Below the pieces are notes generated by a model that made no database searches, was not told where the DNA came from, and saw only the letters and a program-made list of their open reading frames with translations. 64,000 nucleotides of DNA, from positions 86,444 to 150,443 of the forward strand of contig JAPLSQ010000073.1 of the NCBI GenBank assembly GCA_026398535.1, read 5' to 3'. Every line of letters starts with the position of its first letter. Within the stretch, counting starts at the first letter, position 1. Both the position numbers and the translations under genes were made by a program. Of the stretch, positions 18,134 to 28,577 are shown one piece after another. The DNA is from Candidatus Sumerlaeota bacterium (GTDB lineage Bacteria > Sumerlaeota > Sumerlaeia > Sumerlaeales > Sumerlaeaceae).

Positions 18134-21100
18134 ATGAAGCCGCGACATCATGTCAGCTCCTTTTTCACCGGTATTATGAACCGTTCCCTTTGGGGGAAAC
18201 ATCGCTTTCTTGTTTCAGGCGCCATCTGCCTTGCGGTCCTGTCGCCATGGAACTGCATGGGCGCGCCATTGGCCTCGGGCGGGGAATTCATTGGTCCGGA
18301 TGGGCCAGGCGCGGCCACAGCGCTGGCCGCCGCGCCATCGAATCCGCGGATTGTTTATGCGGCGTTTCGCGCGGCGGGCGTTTACCGCGGCGCCGACGGC
18401 GGACGCTCATTCAGCGCATGCCCCATGGTCAACCCGTTTACGACATGTACCGCAACGTGCCTCGCGGTGCATCCGGCGAATCCCAACATCGTGCTGGCGG
18501 GCGCGATCACGCCTTATGACTCAGGCAACCGCCGCCATGCGACCGTGTGGCGTTCCACAGATGGCGGTTCAACATGGGAGCAGGGTTACGGTTGGAGCAT
18601 TGCCGCCGACATATCAGCCGTGACGGTCATCCGCTTCTGCCCCGGCGATCCAAACATCGTTCTCGCCGGATTGTGTTATGATAATTATCCACAATACGAC
18701 GACGGCCCGATGATTCGCTCGACGGATGGGGGACGGTCATGGGAATATGTGCTGTGGAGCCAGTTTGGCGCCAGCGCTTATTGCGCCGTGTCGGCCATCA
18801 TGTTTGACTCTGCCAGACCCGGGCGCGTTCTCGCGGGATTCGGCGATGATGACACGCGGGACAATTACGGACTGCACGAAAGCCTGAACAATGGCGCGAC
18901 ATGGACGCGTCTCAACACGCCGCCTTTCGATGGCCCCCCGAACGCCGCGGCGCCCATCTTCGATCTTGTCCAGACACCGGTCGCGCCCGACACGATCTAC
19001 GCGGGCACCGTGGCAGATTATTATACCAACACGTCCTCGGCGCTCTACAGGTCCGTCGACGGCGGCGCGTCGTGGACAACGGCAAGCGCGCCGGCATTAC
19101 CGTATCCCGCCGCCTTCGTTCCGCAGTCAGTCTATCGCATTGCGATTGATCCATCAAGCACATCCACATTGTGGGCTGTCCAGACAGCGCCGCTCTCAAC
19201 AGGCGAGTATTTTGGTTCCCAACTCACGCGCATTCGCGAGCCGTTTGCCAAAACTACGGACGGCGGTTTGAGCTGGACGACCGACTCGCAGGGTTTGAAT
19301 CTGACCAACAGTTCGCCATTCACGCCGGAGACGGGCGTGCAGGCCATCATCGCGGCAGGGGGCGCCTCGCCCCGGCTCGTGCTGGGTTTTCCGAAGAGGG
19401 GCGTCTGGCATCAGGAGCAGACGGCGCCGCTCTTCCTCTCGTCCTCGCAGGGCCTGATGCTGTCGAACGCGATGTCAGCCGCGACCTCTGTTGCCGAGTC
19501 GCCATTGATCATGGTGGCGGGACTCGACAATTCAAACGGCCTTATGGCGGCGGTGCGGCTCGGGGCCAATGTTTCATCGCCATGGATGTGGTCGAACCCG
19601 TTGTCAACAGGCGCCAATCCCTTTTATGTGACACAGATAGTCGTCAACCAGGTGAACCACACCCACGTTGCCGCGCTGTTTGACTCCGCGTTCTTCCGCT
19701 CAACAACCGGCGGCAACACATGGGCTTCGGGCGGAATCAGCGCCACCATGCTTGCCGCTACGGGCAATCCGGCGGGCAGGCTCCACATCGGCGGCGCGAA
19801 CTACGGGCTGCTTATCTCGGATGATTTTGGCGCCACCTCGACGCCGGCGGTCACGAACCTCAATGGCTTGCGCCCATTGAGTTTTGATTTCGGGCCTGCG
19901 GCAGGCCGCATCAACGCGGCTCTGGCGCCCCCCGGTTTCAACTGCGCCTTGGGCGGCGGGGTTTATGTTTCGCTGAACGATGGAACAACTTTCACCAAAC
20001 GCAATCATGGACTTGCGCCGGACGTGAGCCTGAACTGGCTTGCATGGGCGGGCGGACCGGGTGAACGTGTGTTTGCGATGGATGGCGGCGCGTTCATGAC
20101 TTCCTCTGATGGCGGCGCATCGTGGCAGGGGAGCCAGCCGGCATATGTCACCCCATGGGATATGAAACAGCACACGATGCAATATATCGCGGACTTTGCC
20201 GCAGCCTCAACGGCCACAACACGCACGCTTTGGATGCTTGCGGACTCACACTATATCTGCCGTTCGACGGATGACGGCGCAAGCTGGATGGCTGTCAATC
20301 CGTCCCCGATGACAACGCACTGGATGAACCGCATTGCCGTGGCGCCCTCGGACGCCCGTCAAGTGTGGGTGCTCGCAAACGACAGGATTTGCCGCACCGT
20401 GAACGGGGGCGACACATGGACAACGGCACCCGCGCCCGGGGGGCTTTCCACGCCGGTGGAATTCCGCGCCGGACCGGGCGCGTTGCCGTTGCTGGCCGCA
20501 GCCGACAACTCCTCTCTGCTGATGTCGAATGACGGCGGCTCGTCGTGGACGCCGGCGGCGCTGCCTGCAGCGCTGGTCAGCGAGCGCCTGAGCGCCCTTG
20601 CCATTTCCCCCGCGACCGCGTCGATGATTCTGGCGGGAACACACGACGGCCTGTGGATCAGCTCGGACGGCGGCACTTCGTGGTCAAAATGGGGCCTGGC
20701 GCCATCAGATCAAATCGCTCAGATTATCTTCGCACCCGGCAACTCTCAACATGTTTATGCGTTTGATTCTGATGGCGTCATTTACCGTAGCATTGATGGC
20801 GGGTTGAACTGGCTGGCGGCGGGCCAGGTCGCGTGCGATTATGGACAAACAGGTCCGCGCCAGCTTGCGGTGTCCGCGTCTGACCCCGACATCCTGCTTT
20901 TCGCCAACAGCTATGACACGCTGTGGAAATCGGTGAACGGCGGCGCTGACTGGAGTCATGCGTCGCCCGATCTTGAAAACACAAACGTTCTGAGCGTGGC
21001 GGCGAATTCGGCGGACGGCAACAACATGGTGGCCGCCACGAAAAGCCACGGCCTGTACGGCACCACCGACGGCGGCCTGAACTGGAAGAATGTCATGAAC

Positions 21101-21379
21101 CGGAAATGGAATTACCAGGCCCTGCAGGTTGTGGCGAATCCGACACAGGCGGGCGAGTTTCTCGCGGCCACGCAGTGGGGGCTTTTCCGCTCGGCGGATG
21201 GCGGCGCCACTTGGACGCCGTTCCGCCCGGAGCTGAACGATCTGCCGGTCACGAACGTGCGGCTTGTGCCATCGGACGCTCGTGTCGATATCATCGCCAC
21301 CACGACGGGGCATGGCGTGTGGACCACCCTGCCATGGGAGCCTCCGGCACGCATCGCGGATTGGGTACGGCATCGGTGA
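18134..21379 (+). CDS. secreted BNR/Asp-box repeat protein (multi-propeller, sialidase/GH74-like fold)
   Basis: 1081 aa, with the RBS aaaaggagacaacagca upstream of the ATG and a signal peptide. It has ~13 Asp-box repeats (S-x-D-x-G-x-[ST]-W), e.g. STDGGRSW, SVDGGASW, TTDGGLSW, SSDGGASW, STDDGASW, TVNGGDTW, SNDGGSSW, SSDGGTSW, SIDGGLNW, SVNGGADW, TTDGGLNW, SADGGATW. Confidence 0.75.
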   Translation: MKPRHHVSSFFTGIMNRSLWGKHRFLVSGAICLAVLSPWNCMGAPLASGGEFIGPDGPGAATALAAAPSNPRIVYAAFRAAGVYRGADGGRSFSACPMVNPFTTCTATCLAVHPANPNIVLAGAITPYDSGNRRHATVWRSTDGGSTWEQGYGWSIAADISAVTVIRFCPGDPNIVLAGLCYDNYPQYDDGPMIRSTDGGRSWEYVLWSQFGASAYCAVSAIMFDSARPGRVLAGFGDDDTRDNYGLHESLNNGATWTRLNTPPFDGPPNAAAPIFDLVQTPVAPDTIYAGTVADYYTNTSSALYRSVDGGASWTTASAPALPYPAAFVPQSVYRIAIDPSSTSTLWAVQTAPLSTGEYFGSQLTRIREPFAKTTDGGLSWTTDSQGLNLTNSSPFTPETGVQAIIAAGGASPRLVLGFPKRGVWHQEQTAPLFLSSSQGLMLSNAMSAATSVAESPLIMVAGLDNSNGLMAAVRLGANVSSPWMWSNPLSTGANPFYVTQIVVNQVNHTHVAALFDSAFFRSTTGGNTWASGGISATMLAATGNPAGRLHIGGANYGLLISDDFGATSTPAVTNLNGLRPLSFDFGPAAGRINAALAPPGFNCALGGGVYVSLNDGTTFTKRNHGLAPDVSLNWLAWAGGPGERVFAMDGGAFMTSSDGGASWQGSQPAYVTPWDMKQHTMQYIADFAAASTATTRTLWMLADSHYICRSTDDGASWMAVNPSPMTTHWMNRIAVAPSDARQVWVLANDRICRTVNGGDTWTTAPAPGGLSTPVEFRAGPGALPLLAAADNSSLLMSNDGGSSWTPAALPAALVSERLSALAISPATASMILAGTHDGLWISSDGGTSWSKWGLAPSDQIAQIIFAPGNSQHVYAFDSDGVIYRSIDGGLNWLAAGQVACDYGQTGPRQLAVSASDPDILLFANSYDTLWKSVNGGADWSHASPDLENTNVLSVAANSADGNNMVAATKSHGLYGTTDGGLNWKNVMNRKWNYQALQVVANPTQAGEFLAATQWGLFRSADGGATWTPFRPELNDLPVTNVRLVPSDARVDIIATTTGHGVWTTLPWEPPARIADWVRHR

Positions 21380-21698
21380 CCAGAGGGGGACATTGATGAG
21401 GCGTCGGGAGCAATTATCAGTCATATTCCCGTCGGGAACAAGCCCGACGGTGAACCGTTAAAATATTGTGGGGCGATGCGAAAGTGTTGCAATCCGCTCC
21501 CACCCGTCACCGCCGGGTTTGTCCCGGCGGAGCGGTGACTGGCAGCCAACACAGAGGCGCCAAGCGCCCACTCTTCTGCCGGGCATAAGTTGGTTGACAA
21601 GTTTGGTGTTTTACCTGTTCAGAGAAAATGCGTTCAAGTCCGTCATCGTATGTTGTCGTGTATAGTCATTCAAACATGTCTGTTGGTTCACAATCATC

Positions 21699-22424
21699 AT
21701 GAACACACTGGAAGGGTTTGCCGCTATCATCAGGCGGACGGGCGGCATGGCGCGGTATGATGACGGGGTGATCACGCGCCTGGCGCGTCTGACGCAACTG
21801 TTGCTCGCGGCCAATGAAAAATTCAACCTGACGGCGATCACAGATCCGGCGGATATCGCGAGGCTGCACTGGGAGGACTCGCTGGCGGCGCTGAATACCG
21901 AGCCGGCGCTGACCGCCGCGGCGCGGCGCGCGGTTGACATCGGATCGGGCGCGGGCATACCGGCGCTGCCGCTGGCCATCGCGCTGCCGGCTTGCGGGTG
22001 GACGGCGCTCGAATCAGCGGCGAAGAAATGCGGGTTCATCGAGTCGGCGGTGGCGGAGTTGGGGCTTGGCAATATGACAGTCCTTTGCGCGCGCGCCGAG
22101 GAGGCGGGGCGCTCGCCTGCAAGGGAAAGTTTTGACATTGCGACGGCGCGCGCGGTCGGCCCCGTGGCAAGCCTGTGCGAGATTGGATTGCCGATGTTGC
22201 GCATGGGCGGAATGCTGCTGCTTTATAAAACCCGCCCGGCGGACGGCGAGCTGCGCGGGGCGGGGCGGGCTGTCAGCATGTTGGGCGGGCGGATTTGCCC
22301 CTCATATTATTACAGACTTGAAGGTGACGCGCAGGAGCGCGCAATCCATCGGATCGAGAAGACCGCGCCAACCCCGGACAAATATCCGCGGCGTTCAGGC
22401 ATTCCGTTCAAGCGCCCGCTGTGA
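21699..22424 (+). CDS. rsmG: 16S rRNA (guanine527-N7)-methyltransferase
   Basis: 241 aa. The GidB/RsmG SAM-binding motif is DIGSGAGIPALPLAIA and the overall length and layout fit. Confidence 0.85.
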   Translation: MNTLEGFAAIIRRTGGMARYDDGVITRLARLTQLLLAANEKFNLTAITDPADIARLHWEDSLAALNTEPALTAAARRAVDIGSGAGIPALPLAIALPACGWTALESAAKKCGFIESAVAELGLGNMTVLCARAEEAGRSPARESFDIATARAVGPVASLCEIGLPMLRMGGMLLLYKTRPADGELRGAGRAVSMLGGRICPSYYYRLEGDAQERAIHRIEKTAPTPDKYPRRSGIPFKRPL

Positions 22425-22510
22425 GATGATAATAAAAATTGAATAGAACAAACCTTTTAGAGCATCATTCCGCCATATCCATTCCACTTTGTTGCTGATA
22501 AGGATGAGCG

Positions 22511-24115
22511 ATGAACAGCCGCCCATTGTTGATCATGATTCTTTTGTTGTTGCTTTCTGTTTGTCTGTCACACTTTGCGGGAGACCGCGCTTTCGGCGAA
22601 GCGCCCGATGCGGACATTACATTGCCTTCGGTGGGACCGGGTTGCGCCGGGGGGCAGACGCAACTGGTTGCGCTGGACGCGCCGGCGCCCCCTGGGGCGG
22701 GCGAAATACCACAGCCATTGACGCCCGGCACGCTGGTGAGCTTCGATGGCGTTGACGGCAGCAGCCTCGACGGTTACATGAGCATTCCCCCCGACACGCA
22801 CATGGCCGCCGGGGCGGGCGCCGGAAACGCGGGACGGGTCGTGATGGTGACCAACATGCGCGTGGCGATCTGGGACAAGACGGGCGCGCTGTTGGCGGGG
22901 CCTGTTTCTTTGAATGCTTTCTGGGGCACAACGCCTACAGGCTCGAATGCTTCCTTCGATCCCAAGATCATCTACGACCAGCACTCGGACCGTTTTTTTA
23001 TCTGCACCATCAGCGGACGCACGCCCGATCCGGGCGGGACAAGCAATCTCGAAATCACCGTGTCGACCAGCGGCACACCGGGAAACCTGACAACCGACTG
23101 GACGAAAATGAGCGGCAGCACGCTGACCGCCATCGGATCATACAATTGCTGGTACGATTATCCCGGCATCGGCGCGGACAACGATTCCCTCTTTCTGACG
23201 GGGAATCTGTTCGACTCCTCAGGCACAAACCGGGGCACGAAAATCCGCGTGTTCAACAAGGCTTCGCTCCTGGCGGGCAGCTACAGTTTTGTTGATCTCA
23301 ATTATGACATCACGGCGCTCACGGGAATCGGCACGATCCAGCCCGCCCATGTTTACGGGACGACCGACAACGGCAGTTTCTATCTCATCAACCGGTATGG
23401 CTCGACGCTCTATCGATTATGGCAGATCACGGGCGATCCCGCCGCGCCGGTCGCTTCCACGGCAACTTATTCATGGACGGCTGGAGCAAGCATGTCCGTG
23501 GGCGCGCCGCAATCGGGAACTGCCGTCACCCTCGCGCTGTTGTCGCCGCGCGTCATGAATGCCGTTTATCGCGGCGGTCACATCTGGTGCACGCTGACCT
23601 CCGACATCAACAGCGACTCAAAGAGCGAGGTTGTTTGGTTCAAAATCGCCACGAACAGCGGCGCCCCCACGATGGCAGACACGGGTTATATCAACGGCAG
23701 CAGCGGCACTCAGTGGACGTTCATGCCGTCGATCAACGCCAACAGCCTTGGGCAACAGACGATCTGTTACACACAATCAGGCACGGATCAGTATCCGGAT
23801 GTGCGATATGTGAGCCGCAACGACGCCACTGATCCGCTTGGAACATTTCAAGCCTCCGTGGTCGCAAAGACCAGTGTTGGTTTTTACGACAGTTTCGCGA
23901 CAACGAACCCCGACCGCTGGGGCGATTTTTCGGCGACAGTTGTTGATCCGGATGACCAGCATTTCTGGGTTGCCAACGAGTACTGCAAGGTCTCGGCTGT
24001 GAACAGTTCTGTCTGGGGCACATGGATCGCCAAGCTTGACGCGATAGCGCCGGCGTCTGTCGCGGATTATCAGCTCTATGAGCCGCCTGCTGAAAGGCAA
24101 CCTGAACGGCGCTGA
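22511..24115 (+). CDS. secreted hypothetical protein
   Basis: 534 aa with a strong signal peptide (MNSRPLLIMILLLLLSVCLS). It is Gly/Thr/Ser-rich and beta-rich. No assignable family. Confidence 0.5.
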   Translation: MNSRPLLIMILLLLLSVCLSHFAGDRAFGEAPDADITLPSVGPGCAGGQTQLVALDAPAPPGAGEIPQPLTPGTLVSFDGVDGSSLDGYMSIPPDTHMAAGAGAGNAGRVVMVTNMRVAIWDKTGALLAGPVSLNAFWGTTPTGSNASFDPKIIYDQHSDRFFICTISGRTPDPGGTSNLEITVSTSGTPGNLTTDWTKMSGSTLTAIGSYNCWYDYPGIGADNDSLFLTGNLFDSSGTNRGTKIRVFNKASLLAGSYSFVDLNYDITALTGIGTIQPAHVYGTTDNGSFYLINRYGSTLYRLWQITGDPAAPVASTATYSWTAGASMSVGAPQSGTAVTLALLSPRVMNAVYRGGHIWCTLTSDINSDSKSEVVWFKIATNSGAPTMADTGYINGSSGTQWTFMPSINANSLGQQTICYTQSGTDQYPDVRYVSRNDATDPLGTFQASVVAKTSVGFYDSFATTNPDRWGDFSATVVDPDDQHFWVANEYCKVSAVNSSVWGTWIAKLDAIAPASVADYQLYEPPAERQPERR

Positions 24116-24128
24116 AACATCCGGCGCG

Positions 24129-25547
24129 TCAGGGGAGCCTGCGCGGCAGCCATTGGCCGCGCCCTTCGCGGCCAATGACCTTGTAATCATCCACGATGAC
24201 CTCGCCCCGCGAGATGGTCACGCGGGGAAAACCGGCTAACTCCCACCCCTGATAGGGCGACCAGCCGGCGTTTGTCTCCATGTGTTGGGCATCGACGCGC
24301 ATGGTTTTCGACGGATCGATGATGATGATGTCGGCATCGGCGCCGGGCGCGATGGCGCCTTTTTGGGGCCACAAGCCCATGATCCTGGCCGGATTTTCCG
24401 ACAGGCAGGCGCACATGCGCTCAAGAGTCAGGCGCTTTTTCAGCACGCCATGGGTGTAGGCGATGGGCAGCAGCGTTTCGAGTCCTGGCAACCCCATCGG
24501 GATGCGCGTGAAGTCGCCGTTCCATGCGGCTTTCTGGCTCCGGGTGAAAGCGCAGGTGTCGGTGGCGAGCATGGCGATTTCGCCGTCGCGGAGCCCTTCC
24601 CACAGCCGCCGCGAATCTTCGGGTTTTTTCACCTGCGGCGAGCACGCGTAGAGGTGACCGTCGCGCCGCGCGAAAACCGAGTCGTCGAGGACAAGATACT
24701 GGGGGCATGTCTCCGCCATGACGCGCACTCCGCGCGCCTGCGCCTTCCCGATGATTTCCGCGCCCTCGCCCGTGGACATGTGGACGATGTGCAGGGGACA
24801 GCCTGTTGCCCTGCTCCAGCAGACGGCGCGGGCGACGGCCTCCGCCTCGATGAAATTCGGGCGTGTCATGGCGTGCAGGCGCGCGCCGTATTTTTTCATC
24901 AGCGCGCGGGTGTGCATGCGCCCGACAAGCAGGGCCAGCACCGAGGGCGACTCGGCGTGGAGGGTGATCATGGCGCCAAGATCGCGGGCGGATTCAAGCG
25001 CGCGGAAAATCGCCGCGTCATCGGACGACAGACCGCGATCGGCGTAGATTGTGAACATTTTGAAGGTGGGGCATCCGCGCCGCGCCATGGCGCGCATCTC
25101 GCGCCCGTGGCTCTCCCAGTTGGTGATGCACACATGAAAGGAATAATCCGCCATTGCCCGCCCCTCGGCCAGTTTCATCCGCGCGTCGAGCGCTTCGCTC
25201 ATGGATTCATAAGTCTCACCGCCGGCTTTGCGCGCGGGCGTCGCGAAATCGATGATTGTCGTCACGCCGCCGCGGGCGGCGGCTCGCGTGCCCGTGAGAA
25301 AATCGTCGCACGACACAAGTCCGGGGCCGATGGACAGTTCAAGATGCGTGTGAGCGTCGATCACGCCCGGCAGCACAAGGCATCCCCGCGCATCGATCAG
25401 GCGCGCGCCGGCGGCGTTGGCGGCAAGCCCCGCGCCAACAGCGGCGACCTTCCCGCCGCGAATCCCTACATCCGCCTTGACGACGCCGGAGGGCGTGACA
25501 ACCCGACCCCTTGTGACAATTTTATCAAGATTAATGCCTTGGCTCAT
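24129..25547 (-). CDS. dihydropyrimidinase/D-hydantoinase (cyclic amidohydrolase family)
   Basis: Start chosen at the ATG compl. 25545-25547, giving MSQGINLDKIVTRGRVVTPSGVVKADVGIRGGKVAAVG. The metal-binding HxH is VIDAHTHLEL. Carboxylated-Lys and other ligand regions are FKMF and HAES. The ORF-track start at 25679 adds a non-homologous 44 aa. Confidence 0.8.
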   Translation of the reverse strand: MSQGINLDKIVTRGRVVTPSGVVKADVGIRGGKVAAVGAGLAANAAGARLIDARGCLVLPGVIDAHTHLELSIGPGLVSCDDFLTGTRAAARGGVTTIIDFATPARKAGGETYESMSEALDARMKLAEGRAMADYSFHVCITNWESHGREMRAMARRGCPTFKMFTIYADRGLSSDDAAIFRALESARDLGAMITLHAESPSVLALLVGRMHTRALMKKYGARLHAMTRPNFIEAEAVARAVCWSRATGCPLHIVHMSTGEGAEIIGKAQARGVRVMAETCPQYLVLDDSVFARRDGHLYACSPQVKKPEDSRRLWEGLRDGEIAMLATDTCAFTRSQKAAWNGDFTRIPMGLPGLETLLPIAYTHGVLKKRLTLERMCACLSENPARIMGLWPQKGAIAPGADADIIIIDPSKTMRVDAQHMETNAGWSPYQGWELAGFPRVTISRGEVIVDDYKVIGREGRGQWLPRRLP

Positions 25548-25759
25548 CTGTGAGTCACACCGTGTCAAAAAATATGGTGGGCTTTTACCGAAACGTGCAT
25601 GGGCTTGAATTTGGACTGCGGCAGCTTGCTGCCGCTTTGTAATGCGTATTTTAATCCGGTGCGGCAAAATCTTCTTCAAGGCGCACTCGTGCTAATTTGC
25701 GGTCACACATGTGGATCTGGTATTGTCTCAAGCACCTTGGCGGCGTGTAATGCATAATA

Positions 25760-26557
25760 TCAGAAATCTTTCGCCGGGCTGCTGGCTGTGGCGCAGCGTT
25801 TCATCGGGATGCGGCCGGCCAGGTAGGCGAGGCGCCCCGCAAGGCAGGCATGGCGCATGGCATGAGCCATGGCCACGGGATCTTTCGCGCCCGCGATGCC
25901 GGTGTTGAGCAACACCCCCGCAACGCCCAATTCCATCGCCACGCTCACGTCCGACGCCGTGCCCACACCGGCGTCCACGATGATGGGCACGCTGGCCTGC
26001 TCGAGGATGATCGCGATGTTGTTCGGGTTGAGGATACCCATTCCGCTGCCGATGGGCGAGCCAAGCGGCATCACCGCCGCCGCGCCCGCGTCCTCGAGCT
26101 TCTTCGCCATGACCGGATCGTCCGACGTGTAGGCCAGCACCATGAAGCCTTCCTTGACGAGGAACTTGCAGGCTTCGAGCGTTTCGATGGGATCGGGCAG
26201 GAGTGTTTTCTGCTCGCTGAGCACTTCGAGTTTGACCAACTGGCCAATGCCCAGCTCGCGCGCCAGAAGGCACACTTTGATGGCGTCGTCCTTTGTGAAA
26301 CACCCCGCCGTGTTGGGCAGCAGCGTGCAGCGTTTTGTGTCGATGAAATCGAGGATGTTCTTCTCGCCGCGGCAGTGCGCGTCGAGGTCGACACGCCGCA
26401 GCGCCACCGTCACGATCTCGCATCCAGAGGCGGCCAGCGCCTGTTCCATGAGCCCGAATGTGGCGTATTTGCCCGTTCCCACAAGCAGGCGCGATGTGAA
26501 CTCACGCCCTCCCAGCTTGAGCTTCGTGTCGGTGATATGTTCGGGATATTGCGTCAT
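25760..26557 (-). CDS. thiG: thiazole synthase
   Basis: 265 aa with ThiG blocks [30 protein letters not shown] and [10 protein letters not shown]. Confidence 0.9.
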   Translation of the reverse strand: MTQYPEHITDTKLKLGGREFTSRLLVGTGKYATFGLMEQALAASGCEIVTVALRRVDLDAHCRGEKNILDFIDTKRCTLLPNTAGCFTKDDAIKVCLLARELGIGQLVKLEVLSEQKTLLPDPIETLEACKFLVKEGFMVLAYTSDDPVMAKKLEDAGAAAVMPLGSPIGSGMGILNPNNIAIILEQASVPIIVDAGVGTASDVSVAMELGVAGVLLNTGIAGAKDPVAMAHAMRHACLAGRLAYLAGRIPMKRCATASSPAKDF

Positions 26558-26584
26558 CTTGAACTCCAGACCTGCGAATTGCGG

Positions 26585-26605
26585 ATTACGAATTACGAAT
26601 TACGA
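26585..26605. repeat. tandem heptamer (attacga)x3 upstream of thiG
   Basis: Read directly: gcggattacgaattacgaattacgaaaaca. It lies in the 125-bp gap between the SSS transporter stop and the thiG start, 28-48 bp upstream of the thiG ATG. Confidence 0.9.
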
Positions 26606-26682
26606 AAACAGGGCGTTGAATGTTCAGAGATATATCCCGGCTGGGAGATGTTCATGGGGGCTGAAGCACTGGAATTCATATC

Positions 26683-28407
26683 TCAGGATTGAAGCCTTTT
26701 TTGTTTTGCGGCGCCTGTCAGCACCATGCAGCCGCCGAAGGCAATGATCGAACCGGCGACAAAAAGAATCTGAAGCCGTCCCGCCGGCGGATTTGGCACG
26801 AGCAGGATGAGCAGCATGAACAGGCCGATCGACAGCGACACATAGCCGACGAGTTTCAACTGTGCCGGGTCGTTGGGTTTGCCCACCTCCCTGCCGAAAT
26901 CCACGGGCGTGTGCATGCGCCGGTAAAACTCCCCGATTCTTTCGCGGGCTTCAGGCGCTGTCGCGCGCCACCATGGCATCGTGGCCAGAAATCCCGCCGA
27001 CCCCGCCGCGACGATGGAAAACACGGTGTATTCATAACGCCAGTTGTAAATCAGCGCCAGCGCCGATAACGGCGCCGAGCATAGCACCGACACGATGGCC
27101 GACCAAGGCGGAGTGCGCCGGATGAAAAGCGCGAGGAACATCGGGATCACTGTGGGGGTGCCGAAAATGCTGCCGAATTTCAGCATATAATCGAACAGCC
27201 CCCCTTTCTGGTTCATTGAAAAGTAAAGGGCGCTCAGGATGATCAGAAACCCGAACACCATGCTGGCGATCTGGCCGACGATGAACATCTCGCGGTCAGA
27301 AGCCTGGGGGCGCAGGAATGGCTTGTAGACATCCTGTGTGATGATGGCCGCGTTCTGGTTGAACGCCGGGCTGAGCGAACTCATCGTGGCGGCGAACATC
27401 GCCACGACAATCATCCCGGTCATGCCGTTGGGCAGAAGTTTCATGGCGATCACGGCATAAGCCGTCTCGCCCGGATTTGAAATGTTGGGATTGGCGGCGG
27501 CCAGCGCGTGTATGGCGTCGTCAAACTTCAGCCGCGCGATGATCGGCGGCACAAACCACAGGAACGCGCCGGCCAGCATGAGCACCGCTGCCAGTAAAGC
27601 CGCCTTGCGCGCCTCGCGTCCGTCCTTGCACGTGAAATACTTCGACGAGGAACCGAAGGAGTTGTAAGTTATCATGACGAATGTGAATATGGCCAGCGCC
27701 CATGTCGTGTTGAATGCCGATTCTGGCCGCACATCCACAAGCCCCGTCATGCGGTCAAGTCCCTGGGTGTGAATTTCGGCGAACAGTCCATCCACGCCGC
27801 CCACCGCTTTCAGGCTCAGCCATGCCACAAGGATTGTCATCGGCATCAGGATGAGCGCCTGCAGAAAATCCGTCGCCATGACGCTCCAGCTTCCGCCAAG
27901 CGTCGAATAGATCAGCACAACCAGCCCCAGCACAACGACAAGCATCTGAACATTGTAACCAAACACGGATGATGCGAACAGCGCCACGCCCCACAAGGTG
28001 AGGCTCGACATCAGAATGCCCGGAATCATCCCGACCCACACATAGAACTGCTGGGTCACGGTGTCGAACCGCTGGCGGATGATTTCCGGTCCGGTGATGG
28101 CGCGCATCTGCCGGAAAAGCGGCGCTGTTATGAGCGCGTTCACCACATAGCCCAGACCGTTGGAGAAAAAGATCACGGCCACGGCCAGACCCGCTTCATA
28201 TGCCGCCCCCGCCGCGCCCGTGAAGGTCCATGCCGTGAACGAGGCCATGAACACACTGCCGCCGACCAGCCACCATGTCCCGCGGCACCCGCTGCGGAAA
28301 TAGTCGCTGAAATTGCGGTTGAAGCGCCGGAACGCGATTCCGGTGATGATCATGAAAATAAAATACGCCCCTATGACGGCGTACTCGATGAGGTTGGTTT
28401 TGTCCAT
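26683..28407 (-). CDS. sodium:solute symporter (SSS/SLC5) family transporter
   Basis: ~574 aa, polytopic, with SSS-family layout. Start chosen at the ATG compl. 28405-28407 (MDKTNLIEY...). The ORF-track start at 28434 is a TTG. It sits immediately upstream of thiG on the same strand. Confidence 0.75.
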   Translation of the reverse strand: MDKTNLIEYAVIGAYFIFMIITGIAFRRFNRNFSDYFRSGCRGTWWLVGGSVFMASFTAWTFTGAAGAAYEAGLAVAVIFFSNGLGYVVNALITAPLFRQMRAITGPEIIRQRFDTVTQQFYVWVGMIPGILMSSLTLWGVALFASSVFGYNVQMLVVVLGLVVLIYSTLGGSWSVMATDFLQALILMPMTILVAWLSLKAVGGVDGLFAEIHTQGLDRMTGLVDVRPESAFNTTWALAIFTFVMITYNSFGSSSKYFTCKDGREARKAALLAAVLMLAGAFLWFVPPIIARLKFDDAIHALAAANPNISNPGETAYAVIAMKLLPNGMTGMIVVAMFAATMSSLSPAFNQNAAIITQDVYKPFLRPQASDREMFIVGQIASMVFGFLIILSALYFSMNQKGGLFDYMLKFGSIFGTPTVIPMFLALFIRRTPPWSAIVSVLCSAPLSALALIYNWRYEYTVFSIVAAGSAGFLATMPWWRATAPEARERIGEFYRRMHTPVDFGREVGKPNDPAQLKLVGYVSLSIGLFMLLILLVPNPPAGRLQILFVAGSIIAFGGCMVLTGAAKQKRLQS

Positions 28408-28541
28408 TTGCGCGTGAATCAATGGGATGAACAAGCAAGACGCAAGAGACGATTTTATTCTAAATTAATGCCCCGCCCGGCTGAAAATCCCCCTGACCGT
28501 CCACACTTGCCCATGATGTCCATTCGTCCCAATCCTGGATT

Positions 28542-28571
28542 TTGAATTCGTTCTTCCCAACCCTGTATAGC
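28542..28571 (+). promoter_or_regulatory. putative sigma70-like promoter for leuA leader (TTGAAT-18bp-TATAGC)
   Basis: TTGAAT at 28542-28547 and TATAGC at 28566-28571 with an 18-bp spacer. This would place the transcription start near 28578 and give a ~355-nt leader. Hexamer match only. Confidence 0.25.
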
Positions 28572-28577
28572 GAATAA

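Noticed and set aside
21380-21698. Possible small RNA or terminator hairpins after the BNR gene (ccgtcgggaacaagcccgacgg at ~21433-21454; gtcaccgccgggtttgtcccggcggagcggtgac at ~21506-21539)
   Set aside because: The hairpins are imperfect and not followed by U-tracts. There is no supporting promoter-like element. Insufficient evidence to call a feature.
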